A stretch of DNA of 64,000 nucleotides from an uncultured Gemmatimonadales bacterium (lineage in GTDB: Bacteria; Gemmatimonadota; Gemmatimonadetes; Gemmatimonadales; GWC2-71-9), in assembly GCA_963828735.1 (NCBI GenBank), contig CAWHFW010000002.1, forward strand, positions 448,001 through 512,000, read 5' to 3'. How positions within the stretch are numbered: position 1 is the stretch's first letter; every line of letters starts with the position of its first letter. Below, piece by piece: positions 52,760 through 61,840 of this stretch. The notes under the pieces were generated by a model. It saw only the letters and a list, made by a program, of their open reading frames with translations, did not search any database and was not told where the DNA came from. The translations under genes and the position numbers were made by a program.

Positions 52760-53907
52760 GCGAGCCGGTCCGCTTCCTCACCTCCCTCTCGCAGGCGCTC
52801 TCGACGCTCGCCCTCTATGGCGAGGGTCACCCCGCCGTCCGCCGCGCGACGGACAGCGCCTACCGCCATCTCGCCGACCTGCAGGCCGGCGGCGGCGCCC
52901 TGGTGTTCACGTTTCTGCCCGAAGAGGTGCTGTTCGGGCGCGACCTCCTGCCCGATCTCGAGCGGTGGGAGTGGAGCAACCGGTTTGCGCAGGGCGGCGT
53001 GGAACGGCTCGAGATCGACGGCGCGGTGTCGGAGCCGCAGTTCGACCGCTTCCTCGGTCATCTCGCCGCGGTGGTCGGGTTGGCGGGTGACGCCCGCTCG
53101 GACCTGTGGCAGGACGGCCCCGAAGGCATCCGCTTCGGGCGCGTCCGGCTGGACGCCGGCGGCCCGGCACCGGCTCAACCTCTGCCCGTCGCCAAGCTGG
53201 CCTACTCACTCAGAGAGGAGCGCGACGCCGTGGGCTGGATGCACCAGGAGGTGAGCGCAGGCCACTCCCTTCCGTTGCTCGAGGCCTACGGCGTGGTCCG
53301 CTCGCTGTCGCTCGCGATGCACGGCGGCCAGGCGATGGTGATGCCGCTCCTCCAGCTCAAGGAGTTCGACCAGTACACCACGACCCACTCCATGAACGTC
53401 TCGGTCCTGGCGATGTCCCTGGGCGAATTCCTCGGCGCGGCGCCCACGGCAGTGCGGAGCTTTGGACTCGCCGGGTTGCTCCACGATCTGGGCAAGGTGA
53501 GGATCCCGCGGGAGATTCTGGCAAAACCAGGGAAGCTCACGCCCGAGGAGCGGACGGTGGTCGAGGCGCATCCCTCGGATGGAGCCCGGCTCATCCTTCG
53601 CGGTGACGAGCCGCTGGACCTGGCCGCGGTCGTGGCCTACGAGCATCACCGTTACCACGATGGCGGCGGATATCCCCGGGTCCATTACGACCGCGCGGCC
53701 CACCACGCCAGCCGCCTGGTCCACGTCTGCGACGTGTACGACGCCCTCCGCACCCGCCGTCCCTATCGCGACGCCTGGTCGTCCACCGAGGCGCTCACCT
53801 ACATCCATGACCGGGCCGGCTCGGAGTTCGACCCCGCGATGGCCGCCACGTTCATCGAGATGATGCGGCGATGGGACGACCGCATTGCCCTCCAGGAAAT
53901 CGCCTGA
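52756..53907 (+). CDS. HD-GYP-domain cyclic-dinucleotide phosphodiesterase
   Basis: YTTTHS, LLHDLGK, KPGKLT, EHHRYHDGGGYP, DVYDALRTRRPYR, FDP; ATGA overlap with the HEAT gene. Confidence 0.92.
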   Translation: MSEPVRFLTSLSQALSTLALYGEGHPAVRRATDSAYRHLADLQAGGGALVFTFLPEEVLFGRDLLPDLERWEWSNRFAQGGVERLEIDGAVSEPQFDRFLGHLAAVVGLAGDARSDLWQDGPEGIRFGRVRLDAGGPAPAQPLPVAKLAYSLREERDAVGWMHQEVSAGHSLPLLEAYGVVRSLSLAMHGGQAMVMPLLQLKEFDQYTTTHSMNVSVLAMSLGEFLGAAPTAVRSFGLAGLLHDLGKVRIPREILAKPGKLTPEERTVVEAHPSDGARLILRGDEPLDLAAVVAYEHHRYHDGGGYPRVHYDRAAHHASRLVHVCDVYDALRTRRPYRDAWSSTEALTYIHDRAGSEFDPAMAATFIEMMRRWDDRIALQEIA

Positions 53908-53955
53908 CGCTTTTCCAGGACAACCGAGCGACCGGAAGTGTGTCGTGCTCTCGCG

Positions 53956-54978
53956 CTACCCCGCCGCGATCCGGCTGCTGCGGGGCGCGTTGGACCGGCG
54001 CCGCGCGACGATGTCGCTCACGATGAGCTCGCCGTGGCCCCGTGCGTTCTCGATGAACAGCCGGTTCGCGTCGTTGCCGCTCGCGATCACCCCGGCGAGG
54101 TAGACGCCCTCGACCGGCGTGCCCATCGAGCGCTCGTCATGCGCCGGCACGCCGGTCGCCTCATCCACCGGAACGCCGAGCCGGCGAAGCAGCGTCGTGT
54201 CGGCGTGGTAGCCCGTCATGGCGAGCACGGCGTCACACGGCAGGCACTCGACGGCGCCGGCCTCCGAAACGAGCTCCACCTCGGTCGGAGTGACGGCCCG
54301 GACCCGGGTTCGCCAGCGCACCGCGATGCTCCCTTCCTTCACCCGGTTGGTGATGTCAGGCAGCACCCACGCCTTGACGGTCCGGTCGAAGCCATCGCCG
54401 AAGTGGACCAAGGTCACCGTCGCCCCGGCTCTCCAGCATTCGAGCGCCGCGTCCACGCTGCTGTTCCCCGCGCCGATCACCAGGACCCGCCGATGCCAGT
54501 ATGGGTGCCCTTCGAGGAAGTAGTGAGTGACGTGCGGCAGCTCTTCGCCGGGAATGCCGAGGAAATTGGGGTTGTCGTAGTACCCGGTGGCGAACACGAC
54601 GTTGGCCGCACGATATCGCTTGGCGTCGTGGGGGCGCTGGACGTCCAGGGTGAAGCCCCCATCCCCCTCCTGACGGACGTCCACCACCTCCTCACCGGGC
54701 CGGATGTCGAGTCGGTAGTGCTCCGCCACGCGCCGGTAGTAGATGAGGCCGTCGGCGCGTGTCGGCTTCTCATGGCTCGCGATGAACGGAATCCCGCCGA
54801 TCTCGATGCGCTCGGGCGTGGAGAAGAAGGTCATCTGGAGCGGGTAACGCTCGATCGTCGAGACGATCGTGCGCCGGTCCAGCACCACGCAGCCAAGCCC
54901 TGCCCGGGCCGCGGCGATGGCGGCGGCGAGGCCGCAGGGCCCCGCTCCGATGACGATGAGATCCGCCGTCTCGGTCAT
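53956..54978 (-). CDS. ypdA: YpdA-family (putative bacillithiol disulfide) flavoprotein reductase
   Basis: IGAGPCGL, YPLQMTFFST.ERIEIG, KPTR, ATGYYDNPN, GAGNSSVDAALE, LFIENARGHG; no CxxC. Confidence 0.88.
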   Translation of the reverse strand: MTETADLIVIGAGPCGLAAAIAAARAGLGCVVLDRRTIVSTIERYPLQMTFFSTPERIEIGGIPFIASHEKPTRADGLIYYRRVAEHYRLDIRPGEEVVDVRQEGDGGFTLDVQRPHDAKRYRAANVVFATGYYDNPNFLGIPGEELPHVTHYFLEGHPYWHRRVLVIGAGNSSVDAALECWRAGATVTLVHFGDGFDRTVKAWVLPDITNRVKEGSIAVRWRTRVRAVTPTEVELVSEAGAVECLPCDAVLAMTGYHADTTLLRRLGVPVDEATGVPAHDERSMGTPVEGVYLAGVIASGNDANRLFIENARGHGELIVSDIVARRRSNAPRSSRIAAG

Positions 54979-56255
54979 ACCTCGATGATCTGATCGCGGC
55001 GGGTGCCCACGCTGACGTAGCGCACGGGCGCGCCGGACAACGTTTCGAGGCGGTCGAGATAGGCCCGCGCCCCCTTGGGCAGGTCGGCGAGGCGCCGAGC
55101 AGCCCCGGTGGTCTGCTGCCACCCCGGAAGGACCTCGTAAACCGGCTTCACGCGACCGAGCGCATCCGCCATGGCTGGCATCTCCTCGCACGTCTCGTCG
55201 TCGAGACGATACGCGGTGCAGACCGGGATCTCGGCGAACGTATCCAGCACGTCCATCTTGGTGACCGCGAGCCCTGTCAGCCCGTTCACCCGGACCGCGT
55301 ACCGCACCACCGTAGCGTCGAACCATCCACAGCGGCGCGGCCGGCCGGTTACCGACCCGAACTCGCCGCCCAACTCGCGGAGCCGTTCGCCGAACGGGCT
55401 CTCGGCCTCGGTGGGGAGCGGCCCGTTGCCGACCCGCGTGGTATAGGCCTTCACGACGCCGAGCACGCCGTGAATGGCGGTGGGCCCCAGGCCGGCGCCG
55501 ACCGCGGCGCCGCCGGCCGTGGTGTTCGAGGATGTGACGTACGGATACGTGCCGTGGTCCACGTCGAGCAGGGCGCCCTGGGCGCCCTCGAGCAGTACCC
55601 GCTTCCCGTCTCGAAGCGCCCGATGGACCAGCAGGCCGGTGTCGGCCGAGAGCGGCAAGAGGCGAGGGGCGAGGCGGTCGAGCAATTCGGCGTGCTGATC
55701 GAACGAGGCCCGCTCGGGGCTGCCCATGAGCTCCAACAGGCGGTTGGCGCGCGCGACGCGGTCGGCCAGGAGCGGACGGGTGCAGTCGAGGTGCCGCAGG
55801 TCGGCCACGCGAATGCCCCGGCGGCCGTATTTGTCCTCGTACGCCGGGCCGATGCCGCGCCCGGTCGTGCCGATGTTCTGGCTCTTTTCGCTCGCGGCGT
55901 CGAGCAGCTTGTGGAACGGAAGGACGAGGTGCGCGCGGTCGGAGACGAACATCCGGCCGGCGGTGTCGACCCCCCGTCCAGCCAGCTGATCCAGCTCCCC
56001 GAAGAACGTCTCAGGCTCCAGCACGACACCGTTCCCGACGATGCACGTCACGTTGGGATGCAGGATGCCGGACGGGATCTGACGAAGGATGAAATGCGAG
56101 TCGCCGATGACGACCGTGTGGCCGGCATTGGCGCCTCCCTGGTAACGGACGACATAGTCGGCTCGCTCGGCGAGGACGTCGACCAGCTTCCCCTTCCCTT
56201 CGTCACCCCACTGAGCACCCACGACCACCACGCAGGCGGTCTTGGCGTCGAACAT
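54975..56255 (-). CDS. purA: Adenylosuccinate synthetase
   Basis: GAQWGDEGKGK, GGANAGHT, GTTGRGIGPAY, EGAQG, GEFGSVTGRPRRCGW. Confidence 0.98.
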   Translation of the reverse strand: MFDAKTACVVVVGAQWGDEGKGKLVDVLAERADYVVRYQGGANAGHTVVIGDSHFILRQIPSGILHPNVTCIVGNGVVLEPETFFGELDQLAGRGVDTAGRMFVSDRAHLVLPFHKLLDAASEKSQNIGTTGRGIGPAYEDKYGRRGIRVADLRHLDCTRPLLADRVARANRLLELMGSPERASFDQHAELLDRLAPRLLPLSADTGLLVHRALRDGKRVLLEGAQGALLDVDHGTYPYVTSSNTTAGGAAVGAGLGPTAIHGVLGVVKAYTTRVGNGPLPTEAESPFGERLRELGGEFGSVTGRPRRCGWFDATVVRYAVRVNGLTGLAVTKMDVLDTFAEIPVCTAYRLDDETCEEMPAMADALGRVKPVYEVLPGWQQTTGAARRLADLPKGARAYLDRLETLSGAPVRYVSVGTRRDQIIEV

Positions 56256-56279
56256 GGCGTATCTCCCGATCGCCCAATG

Positions 56280-56302
56280 AAAAAGAGCCCCTCGCGGGGC
56301 TC
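56280..56302 (-). terminator. Intrinsic terminator-like hairpin just upstream of purA
   Basis: Minus strand reads GAGCCCC-GCGA-GGGGCTC-TTTTT: 7-bp stem, GNRA loop, U5 tract. Confidence 0.75.
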
Positions 56303-56342
56303 CAGCATCCTCGGGCAAACGTATCCGATGGTCAGCCAACAG

Positions 56343-57422
56343 TCAATTCACCGCGAGCGCCCGTCCCACCCGTTCGGCCATCTCCAGTGAGAGGCCGTCG
56401 GCGGTGTCGGCCGGGGTGTGGATGGTGCGAAGCGTCCGCCAGGTGAGCCGACCGATGGTCACCGCTGGGATTCCGCGCCGAGCGAAAGGCAGGCTGTCCG
56501 TCAGGATGCCGAGCGGGAGGCGCCGAATCCGCGCGTCAAGCCCGGCGCGGGCGAGCATCGGCGCAAGCCTCCGGGCGAGCTCGGTGCCGCGCGGATCGTG
56601 GCTCACCAGCGCGAGCTCCCCTTCCTGATCGATGGTGTCGAGGTTCACGATGACAACGTCGCGCAGGTCTGCTGCTCGCTGGGCCGCGAAGATCCGAGCG
56701 CCCACCAGCCCGAACTCCTCCGCGCCCGTGATCAGGATGCCGGTCCCATCGCCTGGCCAGCCCTCGGCCGCGGCGAGCGCGGCGGCGACGCCGGTGCCGT
56801 TGTCGCGCGCGCCGGGAGATGTACCCCGGAGCCGACCGCGCCCGGCGAGCGCCCCGGCGACGACCGCGAGACCCGCCCCCGCGGCCGCCGTAGCGAGCCC
56901 GACCGGAGCGCGAAGCCGGGCAACCGCCAGCGCCATCAGGACCATTACGGCGAGGCCCACCACCCACACCGCCACCAAGCGGCCGGCCATGGACTGCGCC
57001 TGCGCCTTCGTATCGAGGTGAGCCACGATCCAACGCCGCACAGGCCCCGGACCGCGCGTTGCGATCAGGTTGGCGTCCTCGCGCGCAGCTCCGCCGAGAG
57101 GGACCCAGCCGAGCCCGACGCCGACGGAGAGAAGCAGGATCACCGCGATGCCACCGGCCAGGAGCAGCAGGGCCGCCCAACCCGGGGGCGCCGAGGCGGT
57201 CAGCGCCGGGAAGAGGACAAGCGCCAGCGCTCCGAGACCCGCGCCGAACAGCGGCAGCCCCAGCGGGGCCGAGGGCGCGAAGGCGAACGGCTGGCGTTCC
57301 ACGCGGTAGCCCAGCGCTTCAAGATGCGCCGCGACAAGGTCACGGGCCGCGTGCGCGGCCGGGGTTCCGGCCTCTCGCGGCCCGTCGAGCAGGCGTCGCA
57401 TGGTGTCGTGCAGCGCGGGCAC
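56343..57422 (-). CDS. Membrane M28-family peptidase
   Basis: AHLDT, GARDNGTG, GAEEFGL, NLDTI, IHTPAD, with two inserted hydrophobic hairpins. Confidence 0.85.
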   Translation of the reverse strand: MPALHDTMRRLLDGPREAGTPAAHAARDLVAAHLEALGYRVERQPFAFAPSAPLGLPLFGAGLGALALVLFPALTASAPPGWAALLLLAGGIAVILLLSVGVGLGWVPLGGAAREDANLIATRGPGPVRRWIVAHLDTKAQAQSMAGRLVAVWVVGLAVMVLMALAVARLRAPVGLATAAAGAGLAVVAGALAGRGRLRGTSPGARDNGTGVAAALAAAEGWPGDGTGILITGAEEFGLVGARIFAAQRAADLRDVVIVNLDTIDQEGELALVSHDPRGTELARRLAPMLARAGLDARIRRLPLGILTDSLPFARRGIPAVTIGRLTWRTLRTIHTPADTADGLSLEMAERVGRALAVN

Positions 57423-57432
57423 GTGGATTGGC

Positions 57433-58515
57433 TCAGGCCGAGGCGGCCTGCTTGGAGCCCTTCTTGGCGGATGCAGAGCCGGACGTCGTGAGCGAGAGCG
57501 CGGCCTTCGCGGTCTCCTGCGTGATGAGGCCCGCGTCGACGAGGTCGCTCACATGCTGCTCGAACGTCTGGGTACCGAGCGGCTTGCGGCCGTCGGCCAT
57601 GTGCTTGCGGAGCTCGCCGGTGCGAGCTGCGTCCTTGAGCGTCTCGCGCACCGCGGGCGTTGCGACCAACACCTCGACGGCGGCCACGCGCCCCTTGTCG
57701 TCCTTCTGCGGCAGGAGCTGCTGCGAGACGACGGCCCGGAGCGCCTCGGAGAGCCGCATGCGCCCGATCTCACGCTCCTCGCGCGGCAGCGTGGTGAGGA
57801 TGCGGTCGATCGTGGCGGTGACGTCGGGCGTCGGCATGGTCGCGATGACGAGGTGCCCCGTCTCGGCGCCCTTGATCGCCGTGTCGATCGTGTCGGCATC
57901 CGCGATCTCCCCGAGCACCACGACGTCCGGGTCCTGCCGCAGCGCGGCTCGCAGGCCGATCGTGAGATTCTCGGTGTCCACGCCGACCTCGCGCTGCGTG
58001 ATGGAGCAGCTCAGGTCGCGGTGCAGAAACTCGATCGGGTTCTCGATGGTGACGACGTGCTTCTGCTGGGTGCGGTTGATGTGGTGCACCATGGCGGCCA
58101 CCGTCGAGCTCTTGCCGCTGCCGCTCACCCCGGTCACGAGCACGAGGCCCCGGTCCGACTCCGCGATCGGCGCCAGAATCGCGGGCAGCCGCAGCGATTC
58201 AATAGTCGGTACCGTAAAGGGAATCACGCGCATGACGATCATGAAGGACGAGCGCTGCCGCAGCACGTTGACGCGAAAGCGCCCCACGCCGGGCATGCCC
58301 CACGAGCAGTCGAAGTCGCGCAGGCGGTCGATTTTCGACCGGTCCTCGTCGCTGCTGATCAGCTTGAGCGCGATCGCCCGGGTCTGGTCGGGGGTGAGGC
58401 GCTGCTTGGTGAGCGGCACCAGCTTGCCGTTGATCCGGGCGCGGAAGACGTCACCCGCCTTGATGTGGAGGTCGGAGGCCCCGCGCTCGACAGCCGCTTT
58501 AATGATCTTTTCCAT
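57433..58515 (-). CDS. PilT/PilU-family ATPase with degenerate motifs
   Basis: ASDLHIKAG, GRFRVN, GVSGSGKSST, QREVG.DT, LRAALRQDPDV, AETGHLV. Confidence 0.9.
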   Translation of the reverse strand: MEKIIKAAVERGASDLHIKAGDVFRARINGKLVPLTKQRLTPDQTRAIALKLISSDEDRSKIDRLRDFDCSWGMPGVGRFRVNVLRQRSSFMIVMRVIPFTVPTIESLRLPAILAPIAESDRGLVLVTGVSGSGKSSTVAAMVHHINRTQQKHVVTIENPIEFLHRDLSCSITQREVGVDTENLTIGLRAALRQDPDVVVLGEIADADTIDTAIKGAETGHLVIATMPTPDVTATIDRILTTLPREEREIGRMRLSEALRAVVSQQLLPQKDDKGRVAAVEVLVATPAVRETLKDAARTGELRKHMADGRKPLGTQTFEQHVSDLVDAGLITQETAKAALSLTTSGSASAKKGSKQAASA

Positions 58516-58586
58516 GGACGCCTGCCAGAGAAGTCCCGAATCCGTGACCGCCGCCCACTCGAGCCGGCGATCGTACGACCGGCGCG

Positions 58587-59582
58587 CTATGACGTGCACG
58601 CCGGCAAGAAGCCCATCCGTGCGCGGACCTCGGCCATCGTCTCGCCCGCGAGGCGGCGGGCGGTGGCCGCGCCGTCGCCAAGGATCTGGTCCACCCGCGT
58701 TGGCTGCGCCTGAAGCTCGAGGGCGCGCGCGCGAATCGGGGCGAGCGTCGCGATCATGTTGTCGGCGAGAACACGCTTGCAGTCCAGGCAGCCCCATCGG
58801 GCGCCACGGCAATTCTCGGCCACCAGCTCCACCGTCTCCGGCGGCGAGAAGTACTTGTGCAGGTGATAGAGGTTGCAGATCTCGGGAGTCCCGGGATCCT
58901 TCTTGGTCACCCGCGCGGGATCGGTCTTGGCCGGGCGCAGCTTCTGCCAGATCTCGTCGGGCGTGTCCAGCAGGCCGATGGTGTTGCCCAGGCTCTTCGA
59001 CATCTTGGCCTGACCGTCGAGCCCCATGATCCGCTTGGCCTCGGTGAGAAGCGGCTTGGGCTCGGGAAACCAGTCCTCCCCGCCACCGAACTCCGCGTTC
59101 CACTTGCGCGCGACCTCACGGGCGAGCTCGAGATGCTGCGTCTGGTCCTCGCCGACCGGCACCAGGTCGGCGCGATAGAGCAGGATGTCGGCCGCCATCA
59201 GCACGGGGTAGTTGAGCAGCCCGGCCGGGACACTTTCGAAACGTTGAGACTTATCTTTGAACTGCGTCATCCGCTCCAGCTCGCCGATCGGCGTGATCGT
59301 ATTGAGCAGCCACTGGAGCTCGGAGTGCGCCGGCACGTGGGACTGCACGAACAGGACCGCCCGATCGGGATCGATCCCCGAGGCCAGCAACCCAATGGCC
59401 ATGTCGCGGGTGCGCTGGGCCAGCGTTTCCTGCTCGTACTTCCCGGTAATCGCGTGCAGGTCCACCACGCAGTAGATACAGTCGTAGCTCTGCTGCAGCG
59501 TGACCCAATTCTGCACCGCGCCAAGCCAGTTGCCGATGTGCAGCTCGCCGGACGGCTGGATTCCCGAGAATATGCGTGGCAT
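58587..59582 (-). CDS. trpS: Tryptophan--tRNA ligase
   Basis: SGIQPSGELHIGN, YPVLMAADIL, VGEDQ.QH, KMSKS. Confidence 0.98.
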   Translation of the reverse strand: MPRIFSGIQPSGELHIGNWLGAVQNWVTLQQSYDCIYCVVDLHAITGKYEQETLAQRTRDMAIGLLASGIDPDRAVLFVQSHVPAHSELQWLLNTITPIGELERMTQFKDKSQRFESVPAGLLNYPVLMAADILLYRADLVPVGEDQTQHLELAREVARKWNAEFGGGEDWFPEPKPLLTEAKRIMGLDGQAKMSKSLGNTIGLLDTPDEIWQKLRPAKTDPARVTKKDPGTPEICNLYHLHKYFSPPETVELVAENCRGARWGCLDCKRVLADNMIATLAPIRARALELQAQPTRVDQILGDGAATARRLAGETMAEVRARMGFLPACTS

Positions 59583-59621
59583 CGGCGGAAGTTACCCGGT
59601 TCAACGGAGGGCAGCAAGACA

Positions 59622-60403
59622 GTGTCGGCGTTGGACTTACTTCACCTCGCCAAACTCGCCGCCGAGCGGGCCGGCGGCTACCTCCGTGCCGTCGAGCGGC
59701 CGGCGGATCCGACCGCCTGGACTCTCAAGGGAAGTCGCGACTTCGTGACCGAGGTGGATCGCGCGGCCGAGCGGATCATCGCCGACGTACTGCTCGCCGC
59801 CGAGCCGGGCAGCCGGATCGTGGGTGAGGAGCTGAGCCCCGACGTGGTCAGCGAAGGACTCGTGTGGATCGTGGATCCGCTGGATGGGACCACTAATTTT
59901 TTGCACGATTTTCCGAGCTATGCGGTATCGATCGCCGCGGCGGTGGACGGGGCGCTCGAGGCGGCCGTCGTGCTGCAGGTGCCGCGCCAGGAGTGCTACA
60001 CGGCGGCCCGGGGGCCGGCGCGTGGCGAGGCGACCACCGGCTATCGGTCTCTCCCATCACCGACCCCGCGTTCGCGCTCATCGGCACAGGCTTTCCGTTC
60101 AAGGATACCTCGTCGCTGGGCGAGTACCTGTCCCAGTTCGCGCGGGTGGCAGCACAAACCAGCGGGATCCGCCGGCCGGGGTCCGCGGCGCTCGATCTCG
60201 CGGACGTCGCGGCCGGCCGGTTCGACGGCTTCTGGGAGCAGCGGCTCTCGGCGTGGGACCTGGCCGCGGGCGCACTGCTGGTCAGGGAGGCCGGCGGCAT
60301 CGTCACGGATTTCTCCGGACGCGACATCGGGGCGGAGCATACGGCGGTCGTCGCGGGGAATCCGGCGATTCACGCGTGGCTGCTGGAGATCGTCGGCGCC
60401 TAG
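59622..60403 (+). CDS. suhB: Inositol monophosphatase (frameshift in a G run near 60012)
   Basis: DFVTEVD, GEE, WIVDPLDGTTNF; second frame TGFP, RRPGSAALD, WDLAAG. Confidence 0.9.
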
Positions 60404-60447
60404 ACTTCACCAGACCATCGCAGGCAAGCAGAGAGGGTGCGCACACG

Positions 60448-61083
60448 ATGCCGATTCCGGAACCCGACGCCTCGCTCAAGCATTGGCTCGACGCCGTGGC
60501 CGCGCCGACGGCCGCGCCGGGAGGCGGTGCCGCGGCGGCCGTGGCCGGCGCGCTCGGCGCTGCGCTCGTGCAGATGGTTGCCGGCCTCACCGGCGCCCGC
60601 GAGAAGTACGCCCCCGTGCACGACATGGCCGCGCGCGCGGGCGTGAAGGCGGAGCGGCTGCGCGATGGGATGCTGAGCCTGGCGGCCCGCGATGCCCGCG
60701 CGTTCGACGGGTTCACCCGCGCGCTCGCGCTGCCAGCGACCACCTCGGACGAGCGCGAGCGGCGCGCGCGCGCCAAGGCCGATGCGCTCGCCGTCGGGGC
60801 GGCGGTTCAGCTCGAGCTGCTGGCGCACCTGGCGCAGGTCGCCGACCTCTCGCTCGAGATCGCCGAGCAAGGGCTGGCTAGCGCCGTCGGCGACGCCGCG
60901 ACGGCTGCGTTCCTCGCGGTCGGCGCCGCGCGGAGCGCGTACTGGTCGGTGCGGAGCAATCTGGCGGAGGTGGCTGGCGGCGTGGCCGACCGGGAGCGGG
61001 TGGGCGCCGCGACGACGCTGTTGGAGCGGGTGGAGGACGCGGAACGGCGGGTGCGGCACCTGCTGGAGGCGCGAGTTCCCTGA
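60448..61083 (+). CDS. Cyclodeaminase/cyclohydrolase-family (FTCD_C) protein
   Basis: APGGGAAAAVAGALGAALVQMVAGLT, DARAF, SAVGD, VRSNL. Confidence 0.88.
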   Translation: MPIPEPDASLKHWLDAVAAPTAAPGGGAAAAVAGALGAALVQMVAGLTGAREKYAPVHDMAARAGVKAERLRDGMLSLAARDARAFDGFTRALALPATTSDERERRARAKADALAVGAAVQLELLAHLAQVADLSLEIAEQGLASAVGDAATAAFLAVGAARSAYWSVRSNLAEVAGGVADRERVGAATTLLERVEDAERRVRHLLEARVP

Positions 61084-61086
61084 GGA

Positions 61087-61839
61087 TCAGGCGGCGGTGA
61101 GGATCCGCGGCCCTTCCGGGGTGATCGCGACGGTGTGCTCGAAGTGCGCCGAGAGGCTGCCATCGGCCGTGACGACGGTCCACTTGTCGCCCAGGGTCCG
61201 CGTGACCGGGCTTCCGATCGTGATCATCGGCTCGATGGCGAGTGTCATGCCCTCGAGCAGCCTCGGCCCTCGTTTCGGGTTGCCGTAGTTGGGCACCTGC
61301 GGCTCCTCGTGGAACCGCGTGCCGATCCCGTGCCCCACCAGCTCGCGTACCACGCCGTAGCCGGCGCCTTCCGCGACCTTCTGCACGGCATGCCCGATAT
61401 CCCCCACGTGATTCCCCACGCGCGCCTGCGCGATGCCCGCCGCCAGGCATTCCCGCGTCACGGTGAGCAGTCGCTGGGTCCCGGGGTCGATGGCGCCCAC
61501 CGGGAGGGTCGTCGCCGAGTCGGCGTGAAGCCCCTCGAGGTGCACGCCCACGTCCACGCTGACGATGCTTCCCTCCGCCAGTACCCGTTTGGTGGACGGA
61601 ATGCCGTGCACGATCTCGGTATCGATCGACGTGCAGAGCGTCTTGGGAAACCCGTACAGCCCCTTGAAGGACGGCGTGGCCCCGTCGTGGCTCCGGATGA
61701 ACGACTCCGCCGCCGCGTCGAGATCCTCGGTGGACATCCCCGGACGGAGAATCTCGCCCATGAGGGCGAGCGTCCCCGCGACGATGCGCCCCGCGCGGGC
61801 CATCACCTCGATCTCCCGAGGGGACTTGAGCGTGATCAT
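61087..61839 (-). CDS. map: Methionine aminopeptidase type I
   Basis: MITLKS, HGIP, VDVG..HADSA, GHGIG..FHEEP, AIEPM, SAHFEHT. Confidence 0.98.
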   Translation of the reverse strand: MITLKSPREIEVMARAGRIVAGTLALMGEILRPGMSTEDLDAAAESFIRSHDGATPSFKGLYGFPKTLCTSIDTEIVHGIPSTKRVLAEGSIVSVDVGVHLEGLHADSATTLPVGAIDPGTQRLLTVTRECLAAGIAQARVGNHVGDIGHAVQKVAEGAGYGVVRELVGHGIGTRFHEEPQVPNYGNPKRGPRLLEGMTLAIEPMITIGSPVTRTLGDKWTVVTADGSLSAHFEHTVAITPEGPRILTAA

Positions 61840-61840
61840 G

